This document shows positions 6,985-14,819 of a DNA stretch of 20,000 nucleotides, in pieces. The stretch's first letter is position 1. Each line of letters starts with the position of its first letter. The notes under the pieces were generated by a model that was not told the DNA's origin, made no database searches, and saw only the letters and a list, made by a program, of their open reading frames with translations. The stretch lies in sequence record DRR378314_1424; one strand, given 5' to 3'. The translations under genes and the position numbers were made by a program.

Positions 6985-8792
6985 TTCAGGTTTGCAAAAA
7001 ATGGTATGCCGATGTTCTTGCGGGCAAGCGCCAAGGCCATGTCGCTGAGGTCATGCATGGCATCACGGGCCTTTTTGATTTCGGTGTTGGCCTGGGGCAT
7101 ATCGCCCAGGTTTGCCTCGATCAGATACCCTTTGCCCAGGGCCTCAAGTGCAAGGTCAATCAGATGCAGCGCCGGTTGTACCTCTGCGGCGTCCGGCTTG
7201 GCCTCTTTGACGGGGCGCAGATACAGGGCTTCCTGCGCGGCATAAGGCTGCAGTATCCGCATCACATCGCGGAATTTTTGATAGTGCTGCATCCCGTCGC
7301 TGTCGATCCGAACGGCCAGCTGGTACAGGCCTTCGGGAAAGTGATCCATATACTCGCGCAAATAGGCCACCAGCTTGACGTATTCGGTATCCAGATCCCC
7401 GCCGGGGCGTTCAATATCAACAAAGTTCTGCAAGACAGCCTGTGTTGCCGGGCGCAATTCACCGGTCCCGCTATGCCCGGTCTTACTGTGCGGGTCCGCT
7501 TCGATCTTGGTCGGTGATAGGACGGGTTCATATGTGCCAACTTCCGGATAGGCGGCAAAAATCAACCACAACGTCTGGTTCACCCAGCGCAGATGGGTCA
7601 TTTCACTCAGCGCTACAGATAGGATCAACTGCCGCGCGGCGCGCAGATCTTCTGTCAGGCCGGGCCATGCGGCCTCTTGATCCGGCGTCACCTCATCCGG
7701 TTCGCGCAGGCTGAAATAGGCGTAAAGATACTCCAACGCCAGCGTCAGCTCCATCCCTGCCAATTCGTGCAGGTCGTCGATCAATTCTTCCAGTTTTTCG
7801 TAAGGCTCTTGCGGCTGCAACTTTAGCAAATCCGTTGTCCCCTCGGCCTCCTGCCCTTGCAGAACAAAATCCAGCTCCTCCCAATGCAGGTTGATTTCGT
7901 ATGGATCGTACCGATCCGGGCGCGCCTTTTCCAAAGTGGTCTGCGCCGAGACATCCTTGAGCGGCAAATGCCGTCTGCGCATCCAGTCGATAAAGGTAAC
8001 TGCCTGCGCCGGATCATCCTTATCGGTGCCATCAGGCAGCTGTTGTGGATCATCCACCTCGCCCAAGACAACATCGGGATGGTTTGACGCCCAGTAATGA
8101 CAGGCGCAATCCCGAAAATCATGGGTCCAGGGGCTGCACATGGAGGAAGTAAGTTCACCGGGGTGATAGACCGGATCAATCATCCCCTCTTCGTTCAGAA
8201 ACATGCGCCGCCGGCCGGTCAGCACCACAGGCGCGCCACTGGGTGATCCGTCAGGGCCGCGTTGCGTCAGGGCAATGGTCAGAGGTTTCTCTGCTTCAAT
8301 CAGGCGAATAATCCACCATACAGTTTCACCCTCATAAGGGACCAAACCGACACCGTTCTGATACAGCGAATAGTCATACATCATGATCCGTTTGCCGTCC
8401 TGTTCGACAAAATGCAGATACCATGTGCCACTGCCCAGCGCCGTACCGGCGGGACCGGCAAATTGTTTCTTCAGGTCAGTGACCCAATCGGGACCGTCAT
8501 CGGTATATTTATCCGCAATGATCGGATCACCCTTGGGGAAAGCATAGGTCAGCCGCGCCCCCTGTGTGCCATCCGGCCCGGCAGGGGTGATGCCAAGGAA
8601 TTCAAACACCAGCCCCGGAAAGAACCGCACATCCAATTGGCGCAGGTCGAATTCCAACCCCGGAAAACAGTTACCGACACCGGATTCCATCAAGGTCGAC
8701 ACCGGATTGCCCAATACCGGTTCGCGGTAGGCCGGATTGCCGTCAGCATCAGCCTTGCGGGCCTTGTTCAATTGTCTGGGTCCGGCTGTCAT
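6981..8792 (-). CDS. LodA/GoxA-like CTQ-cofactor (C-terminal) module fused to a ferritin-like domain
   Basis: GNCFPGLE, PGELTSSMCSPWTHDFRDC, YWASNHPDVV and WEELDFV match the LodA C-terminal motifs (PG.E; PGDLT..M..PWQ.DF..C; WWP..RPD.V; W..LGF). A ferritin-like region follows: ELTLALEYLYAYFSL, EMTHLRWVN, FVDIERP, HYQKF. ATG at 8792 has GGAGG 7 nt upstream and an ATGA overlap. Confidence 0.8.
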   Translation of the reverse strand: MTAGPRQLNKARKADADGNPAYREPVLGNPVSTLMESGVGNCFPGLEFDLRQLDVRFFPGLVFEFLGITPAGPDGTQGARLTYAFPKGDPIIADKYTDDGPDWVTDLKKQFAGPAGTALGSGTWYLHFVEQDGKRIMMYDYSLYQNGVGLVPYEGETVWWIIRLIEAEKPLTIALTQRGPDGSPSGAPVVLTGRRRMFLNEEGMIDPVYHPGELTSSMCSPWTHDFRDCACHYWASNHPDVVLGEVDDPQQLPDGTDKDDPAQAVTFIDWMRRRHLPLKDVSAQTTLEKARPDRYDPYEINLHWEELDFVLQGQEAEGTTDLLKLQPQEPYEKLEELIDDLHELAGMELTLALEYLYAYFSLREPDEVTPDQEAAWPGLTEDLRAARQLILSVALSEMTHLRWVNQTLWLIFAAYPEVGTYEPVLSPTKIEADPHSKTGHSGTGELRPATQAVLQNFVDIERPGGDLDTEYVKLVAYLREYMDHFPEGLYQLAVRIDSDGMQHYQKFRDVMRILQPYAAQEALYLRPVKEAKPDAAEVQPALHLIDLALEALGKGYLIEANLGDMPQANTEIKKARDAMHDLSDMALALARKNIGIPFFANLK

Positions 8793-10606
8793 ATTTTTTC
8801 CTCCGCGGCGGGCGTTTCGACCTGTGGCTGCACGCTGTGCTTCCATTCTCCCTCCAGTTTTTCGAGGTACTTCATCAGCAGGTCATATTGCCGACGCGTG
8901 ACTGACAGCGGTACCCCCATCGAATGGCGCATATAGGGCGGCATACGCATGTCGTAGGTTTGGGCAATGGTCACACGCGGATCGCGAAATTCAATATCAT
9001 CCGGCCCGTTTGCGCCAAAATCAACCGATGGCCCTTTTTGCACACCGGGGATTTTCGCCAGCTCTCCCACATGGGCAAACGGCGGACGTACAATGCGGCG
9101 CACACGGTCAGGATCGCGCAGCAGGAAGGCCCGCAGGATCGGGCTATCGCACATGCGGGCATGCACCTGTTGCACCACTTGGGTATAGGGCAGACGGTCA
9201 TTCGTGCCCGATCGGGGCTCTATTGTGTCACCCTGCCCCGGTGTATATTCCGGCACCAGGCTGGCATAGGGCGCATCACTTTCGCGCATGGATTTCGGCC
9301 CCAGATGCGGGGTGATACCGGCATCCCAGTTGGGATCGTTTTCATTGGGTTCACTCAGCAATTGGGCATTGCCATCCAGCGCCCAAGAGCGGCGTTGATC
9401 CAGATTGATCAGGCTGGCGGTTTCGAAAATTCGGCGGAACAAGTCCAGAATTTCAACCGGTGTTTCGTCAATATCAAGCGTTGCAGGCGGCAGATCACGG
9501 TCTTCCAATTCGTCTTGTATCGAATACATCGGACGTTTGTCCGGTGCGAAATCGGGAGGGCCTGCCATGGCACGGGCCTGTGCCACATGCGCCTTGCCCT
9601 CCACTGCCATCTGCGCCGTCAGCACCAAATCGCAGGTATCGTCGATCAAGCCCCAGCCATTTCCCGACCCGACACGCGCGCCATCATAGCTGTCCATCGG
9701 GGTGGGCCATTTGGGTGTGTTGTCAGTGCGGAAATTATACCCTGACCACGGGGTGTCGGAACTCAGGATGCGGTTTTCCTTGCGGGTCATTTTGTGGATC
9801 GGGCCGTATTCCGTCATCGGTGGTTCAAATCCACCTGCCGGCAGGGGAGAGGCCGGTGCCTTGGCCGCTTCGGGTGGACCAAAGCTGTCGCCCTTGCCGG
9901 GAATAAAGCGGATCCGCACCTGATCCAGCCGGGTTTTACAGCTGATGTTTTCGAGGTTTTCTTTAAACGTCCTGATCTTGCCCAGTGGCAACGGCGCATC
10001 CTCGCGCACCAGTGGCACCTGCCCTTCGGTATGCGGGCTGATCGCGTCCAGATGATGAGTCTTATAGTGATCCGCAGCAAACACCTTGCGGGCCACCGCC
10101 GCACAGGAGGCCAGTTTGGTGCGCGATTCCGCTTTGCGGTTGGCCGCCTCGACAGTGAATTGCAGATGTTTCAGGCTGGTGCCGCGTTTCTCAAGGAAAT
10201 GACGTGTCACCGGCACCTGCACTACGGTGCCGTCAGGATCCTGAAGCCGCGCCCAAAGTTCAAAGAAAGGGGCCACCGGTTTGATCTTGCCATAACGGTC
10301 CTTGAAAGTGACGCGCATTGGTGTCTGCACCTTCAGGGTAAATGGGTGGTGGCCGTTGCCCTTGACCGAGGTTTCGATCAGGCTGGGGGCGGGTTCGATC
10401 ATGGTCTGTACCCCGCGTGCCGGATTTTCATCCAGTTTCCAGCGATAGGCGGGCATCGGTTCTTTCGAGCGCCCCACCCGTGCAATTGCCATCGGCGGGT
10501 CAAAGAAAATGCCCAACATCCGGCCCTGCGTCGGATCACGGCCACACCATGGTTCGCAAGTTTCAGGATCTGCATGGGTGCAGGGTTTTAATCTATCGGT
10601 CGTCAT
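8789..10606 (-). CDS. LodA/GoxA-like N-terminal module (lacks the cofactor residues)
   Basis: PPMAIARVGRS (cf. HPAIGIARVGNS), FKDRYGKIK, FTVEAANRKA (cf. WTVHLANKKA), DDTCD, GPPDFAP and LSVTRRQY occur in LodA order. Start is 10606 (AGGGA upstream); 10615 and 10642 are alternatives. Confidence 0.8.
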   Translation of the reverse strand: MTTDRLKPCTHADPETCEPWCGRDPTQGRMLGIFFDPPMAIARVGRSKEPMPAYRWKLDENPARGVQTMIEPAPSLIETSVKGNGHHPFTLKVQTPMRVTFKDRYGKIKPVAPFFELWARLQDPDGTVVQVPVTRHFLEKRGTSLKHLQFTVEAANRKAESRTKLASCAAVARKVFAADHYKTHHLDAISPHTEGQVPLVREDAPLPLGKIRTFKENLENISCKTRLDQVRIRFIPGKGDSFGPPEAAKAPASPLPAGGFEPPMTEYGPIHKMTRKENRILSSDTPWSGYNFRTDNTPKWPTPMDSYDGARVGSGNGWGLIDDTCDLVLTAQMAVEGKAHVAQARAMAGPPDFAPDKRPMYSIQDELEDRDLPPATLDIDETPVEILDLFRRIFETASLINLDQRRSWALDGNAQLLSEPNENDPNWDAGITPHLGPKSMRESDAPYASLVPEYTPGQGDTIEPRSGTNDRLPYTQVVQQVHARMCDSPILRAFLLRDPDRVRRIVRPPFAHVGELAKIPGVQKGPSVDFGANGPDDIEFRDPRVTIAQTYDMRMPPYMRHSMGVPLSVTRRQYDLLMKYLEKLEGEWKHSVQPQVETPAAEEKI

Positions 10607-12188
10607 GGCGTTCATTCCCTGTCTTATCCTCGGGTGTGTCATGCACCGGTGGTTTCTGATCGGGTTTCAGCCCCAGACTCTGTTCAAACCAGAACATATT
10701 GTGCGGATCAAACTTGGCCTTTGCCGTTTGCAAACGCGGTAGGTTGGTGCCGAAATAGGCCTCCAAAAACCCTTTGGTCCCGCGACGCGGATAGTTTTGG
10801 TAACGGTGGCCATTGCCCATAGGGGCAACGATACCACCCAGCCCGTCAAGCCAGCCAATCGACGCTTCCTTATGGGTGTCGAACGTCCAAAAGGCCCAGC
10901 TAAACAGATCAACCGATGGCGTGCGGTGGAAAAAAGCCATCTCGTCGGGTTTCGGGTCAGCGATTGCGCCGCCATAGAATTCCATCGCGATGAAACAGGT
11001 TTTGTCCGGCGCTTCGAGAAAATGATCAACGACATTGCGCCAACGGTCCGCACTGTGATGTTCCTCGATCAGCCACCCTTCGACCAGCGGTTTGGTGTTC
11101 ATAGACACGGTTGGCATGTCATGACCTGCCGGATTTGCGGTCTGCAACAACAGCTCGTTCAGGCGGGTGTAATGGTGTTTATGTGTCCAGATTTCCACAT
11201 CTTTGCGCGGGTCTTCCAATGTGGCCAGCAGGGGGCCAAGGGCAGCCTCAGCTTCGGCGCGGGAACCATCATAAAGACCGCGCAGAGACAGGCAGGGGAT
11301 TTGCCCGTCAGGGTGATCTGCATCCGGCAGATACATCAGCAAGGCCTGATGCCCCATCTTGGGCGGGCCGGAATTGGAGTATTCCGCCTGCAAGGTTTCC
11401 AGCACCCGGCAGATCCGCTGAATATCCGCCTCATGTTTGTGGCGCATGTTCCAGCGCAGGCCAAAACCAAAGAACTTACGGTCCAGCGGCACAGGGTCAT
11501 AGGTCACTTCCAGAAGGATACCAAACTGGTTGCCGGTCCCACCGCGGATCGCCCAAAACAGATCGGGGTTTTCTTCCGCACTGGCGCTCAGCACAGACCC
11601 ATCCGCCAGTGCCACCTTCACACCGATCACACGGTCACAATTCATCCCAAACAGCCGCGAGGTGAAACCGTAGCCTCCGCCCATCATATATCCGGCCACA
11701 TTCACAGTCTCACACCCACCGCCGGGCAGATGCAGTTTGTGATGGTCCAGCATGCGGTTCAACTTGCGAAAGGTGACACCGGGCCCACAGCGCACGGTCG
11801 GCGTTTGCCTATCTACCTCCAGATGGTTCAAGCCAGAGGTGTCAATCACCACCTGATCGTTTACCGAATAGCCGGCGGTGCAATGCCCACCGGAACGGGC
11901 AGTCACCTGCAACCGTGATTTGCGCGCAAACTCCAGCGCGGCAAGCACATCCGTCTCGCATTCGCAAAACACAATGACCTGCGGGTATTGCTGGTAGGTA
12001 TGCATGAAAACCATGCGGTCGTCATTGTATCCGGGAGCCCCTGCCAATTGAATACGGCCGCTGAGGCGTTGTTGTAATTTGTCTAAATGTTTTTGTTTGT
12101 AGTCAGGTAGGCCGGATTCTTTGGTCTTAAATGTTTTCCACTTCGCTTCGTGGCGATGATGGTGGTGGCGATGGTCACCATGCGTCAT
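10593..12188 (-). CDS. FAD-binding oxidase, berberine-bridge-enzyme/VAO family, probably bicovalent FAD
   Basis: RSGGHC (covalent His), GGGCETVNVAGYMMGGGYG (covalent Cys position), DLFWAIRGG, and C-terminal YQNYP...YFGTNLPRL...KFDPHNMF. Strong RBS GGGGGAG upstream. Confidence 0.92.
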   Translation of the reverse strand: MTHGDHRHHHHRHEAKWKTFKTKESGLPDYKQKHLDKLQQRLSGRIQLAGAPGYNDDRMVFMHTYQQYPQVIVFCECETDVLAALEFARKSRLQVTARSGGHCTAGYSVNDQVVIDTSGLNHLEVDRQTPTVRCGPGVTFRKLNRMLDHHKLHLPGGGCETVNVAGYMMGGGYGFTSRLFGMNCDRVIGVKVALADGSVLSASAEENPDLFWAIRGGTGNQFGILLEVTYDPVPLDRKFFGFGLRWNMRHKHEADIQRICRVLETLQAEYSNSGPPKMGHQALLMYLPDADHPDGQIPCLSLRGLYDGSRAEAEAALGPLLATLEDPRKDVEIWTHKHHYTRLNELLLQTANPAGHDMPTVSMNTKPLVEGWLIEEHHSADRWRNVVDHFLEAPDKTCFIAMEFYGGAIADPKPDEMAFFHRTPSVDLFSWAFWTFDTHKEASIGWLDGLGGIVAPMGNGHRYQNYPRRGTKGFLEAYFGTNLPRLQTAKAKFDPHNMFWFEQSLGLKPDQKPPVHDTPEDKTGNERHDDR

Positions 12189-12212
12189 AAAATGTCTCCC
12201 CCAGCCAGAACG

Positions 12213-12228
12213 TTAACCAAACTTTAAC
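12213..12228 (+). promoter_or_regulatory. CtrA binding site (TTAA-N7-TTAAC)
   Basis: TTAA-CCAAACT-TTAAC is an exact consensus match, ~25 bp upstream of the operon's first ATG, in a GC-rich genome. Confidence 0.7.
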
Positions 12229-12473
12229 AACCTGTCACCTGTTCTGGCTCTTTGCTTGGGGGCGCTGGATGGCTCCTTATCCTGCAGGGAGAAAAGCATT
12301 TCAGTCCAGCCTCCCTTGGCCTTTCAATCAGGGAGGCTGAATCCATCGGGGAAACACAACTATGAGGAGCCCTTCATTCCGCGAAGTGATCCCTGCTTTT
12401 CTCTTGGAACAGGGTTGGCGGTTTTGATGCACGCATGTGATAGGTCTGAAAAGCAGCGCCAGGTCTTGGCCGA

Positions 12474-12905
12474 TTACGCCGCATCAGGCGCTTTGCATAA
12501 CCTCCAGAACTCTTGCAAAGTCTTAAGCACATCAGAGAGCTCTGACGCGCTGTCCGGTTTTACAATATAGCCATTCGCATTGTTCTGATACGCAAGCTCC
12601 ACATCTTTTTTGCTTGCTGATGTTGTAAAGACAAACACACGCGCCAGTTTGATTTCTTCGGTTTTTCTCAACTTCGCAAGAAATTCATGCCCGTTCATGC
12701 GCGGCATGTTGATGTCCAGCAAGATGACATAGGGACGGTCAAGCCGCTCGCTGAGCGCCTCGTCACACAGGATTTCCAGTGCTTCCACGCCATCTTTCGC
12801 GCGTAACAGGGATCCGGTCGACCCCAGTTTCCTCAACGACCGTCTGAGTATTTCCACGTCTACGTCATTGTCTTCGACCAGTAAGATGTTCATGTCATGT
12901 TTCAT
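12474..12905 (-). CDS. Single-domain response regulator (Rcp1-like receiver)
   Basis: ILLVEDN, ILLDINMPRMNG, FTTS and ANGYIVKP motifs. ATG at 12905 lies directly after the kinase stop; the longer ORF-track start overlaps the kinase. Confidence 0.92.
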   Translation of the reverse strand: MKHDMNILLVEDNDVDVEILRRSLRKLGSTGSLLRAKDGVEALEILCDEALSERLDRPYVILLDINMPRMNGHEFLAKLRKTEEIKLARVFVFTTSASKKDVELAYQNNANGYIVKPDSASELSDVLKTLQEFWRLCKAPDAA

Positions 12906-12906
12906 C

Positions 12907-14688
12907 TTATGCGGCCCTTTGTGACAGAAGAGATGTGGACTGCGACAGAGTACAAGGCCAGTCGAAATGGAAGGTCGCCCCCCTTCCAAGTTCAGACTGA
13001 ACCGTGATCTTACCACCATGGCGTTCGACCGCTTTTTTGACAATCGCCAGACCAATACCGGTGCTTTCGGGCATATGAGCCAGTCGAAGCGTCTGAAATA
13101 CCTTGAAAATTCGATCATGAAACTTCGGATCGATACCCGGACCGTTATCGGATACTGAAAAACAACAACGATCTCCTTCAAGTTTGGCCGATACAACAAT
13201 CTGCAGCGGATCCGTACCGTCGTAGTATTTCACGGCATTCCCGATAAGGTTTTCCAAAACACGGCGCAGATTCACGGTATCCACATCAACGGCTTCGATA
13301 TCTCCGTTCAGCACCAGTTGGTCTTCCCCCAGGCCCAGATCCAGGATCAAATCAACAAGCGCCCCTTTCAGATCCAGATGCCCAGTTTCACCGGCATGCA
13401 CATCAACCTTTGCATACTCCATGATGCCTTGCGTCAGTTGATTCATACGAACAACGCGGCTTTGAATCAGATGCAGGTTTTGGCGAACTTCCGGGTTTGC
13501 GTCTGCTGATGCAAAATACTCTTCAAGGTCCTCCTCGATCATCTCTGTCAGCCCGTTGATCCCGCGGATCGGCGTTTTCAGGTCATGGGACGCGATATAG
13601 GCAAATTCCTCAAGCGCCTCATTCTTCACCGACAATTCCTTGTTCATCGTGTTAAGCCTTGCGGTCTTGGCCTTTAGGGAAACGGTCACCTCGTCAGCAT
13701 AGGAAATCGCCCGCTTGTTCGCCCGCGCCATGAGGAACAGCAGCGCGATAATCAACGCCTCGATCACCAGACCGGCAATCAGAATATATGTTGATTGCGA
13801 ATAGGTGTTTTGCCCGCGAAACGCGAGGTTGCTCCGAATGTCGACGGTCCAGGTGCGCCCGTAAAGATTGATCGCAACCAGATCCGAATGCATCGGGTCG
13901 GCGTCATGTAATTCATCTATTGCAGCATGTTCATCGTAAATCAGGCTGCCGTCATCATGGATGCTAAAACGCACATTGCGCAGCTCTGTTGCCAGCAACC
14001 CTTGCATCAGCTTGTGAACAACAAATGGGGCATAGACCGCGCCGGCGGGCACACCGTTGTTTTCAAAGGGCGCATAGAACAGAAATCCCGGCGTGCTGCT
14101 TTCATCCTGAACAAGGGTGATGGGGCCGGTGATCTGTGACGTGCCTGTATCTCTGCTGGCCAGTGCGGCCGTGCGCCGGTTGGTTTCATGTGCGACGTCC
14201 AGCCCGATGGCCGCCGCATTACTGCTTTCCGGCTCGATATAGGTAATCGGCATATAAAATGACTGCTCATGTTCCGGGAAAATCCGGAATTCCGGTCGGC
14301 TGCCGCGTTGTTCGGCCAGATAGGCGTCCAATGTCTGTGCAGTTTGGAAATGGATCACACCGATCCCGTTAATACCCGGATATTTTTCATGAATATCCAA
14401 TGTCTGTGCAAAGGCATGCCAATCCTCATAGGAGATATCCCCGCCATGTGACTCAATGGCGGCCACGCCCGCCCAAAGTGCATCCTCGTATTTTTCCATG
14501 CGGTCCACTATCAATGCCAAAGCGCGATCGCGCGCGGCCTCAAAACGCAGGCTGACCCGTGTTTCAATTTGCTGCCGCGAAAACTGCCAGGCGAACAGGG
14601 TCAAACACAGGGAAAGAGTAACCACAATAACATGGATCGCTTTGATCCGGCTTTCTGCATTTGCAGGTATTTCATGCATCTGAGTCAA
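12907..14688 (-). CDS. CHASE-domain sensor histidine kinase
   Basis: Two TM helices flank a CHASE domain (YPGINGIG, YIEP, AIGLD, ITLVQD, GRTW). H-box FAYIASHDLKTP, N-box NLIGNAVKY, DNGPGI and GIGLAIV are present. TTG at 14688 follows AGGAGG; alternatives are 14679 and 14724. Confidence 0.92.
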   Translation of the reverse strand: MTQMHEIPANAESRIKAIHVIVVTLSLCLTLFAWQFSRQQIETRVSLRFEAARDRALALIVDRMEKYEDALWAGVAAIESHGGDISYEDWHAFAQTLDIHEKYPGINGIGVIHFQTAQTLDAYLAEQRGSRPEFRIFPEHEQSFYMPITYIEPESSNAAAIGLDVAHETNRRTAALASRDTGTSQITGPITLVQDESSTPGFLFYAPFENNGVPAGAVYAPFVVHKLMQGLLATELRNVRFSIHDDGSLIYDEHAAIDELHDADPMHSDLVAINLYGRTWTVDIRSNLAFRGQNTYSQSTYILIAGLVIEALIIALLFLMARANKRAISYADEVTVSLKAKTARLNTMNKELSVKNEALEEFAYIASHDLKTPIRGINGLTEMIEEDLEEYFASADANPEVRQNLHLIQSRVVRMNQLTQGIMEYAKVDVHAGETGHLDLKGALVDLILDLGLGEDQLVLNGDIEAVDVDTVNLRRVLENLIGNAVKYYDGTDPLQIVVSAKLEGDRCCFSVSDNGPGIDPKFHDRIFKVFQTLRLAHMPESTGIGLAIVKKAVERHGGKITVQSELGRGATFHFDWPCTLSQSTSLLSQRAA

Positions 14689-14819
14689 ACTTTGATCCTC
14701 CTGTTGGAATCTCTGCCTACTCAAAATGTATTGATATTCGATTTATCTTTTTTACCTGTTTGTATGACGCCCGATCGCTTGCCTGTCAGCGGATACCCAC
14801 GCCAAAATCCATGGTGCGA

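Noticed and set aside
5938-7245. 435-aa plus-strand ORF
   Set aside because: Antisense shadow of the radical SAM gene; Arg/His/Gln-rich with no motifs.
8780-8810. Frameshifted lodA pseudogene (A-run near the junction)
   Set aside because: The GGAGG RBS, ATGA coupling, linker-like tails and intact cofactor motifs favour a genuine two-gene arrangement, although read-level checking is still worthwhile.
10797-11918. 373-aa plus-strand ORF
   Set aside because: Antisense shadow of the BBE oxidase.
12906-13199. N-terminal extension of the response regulator in the ORF track
   Set aside because: It overlaps the kinase HATPase domain in another frame; the receiver domain starts at 12905.
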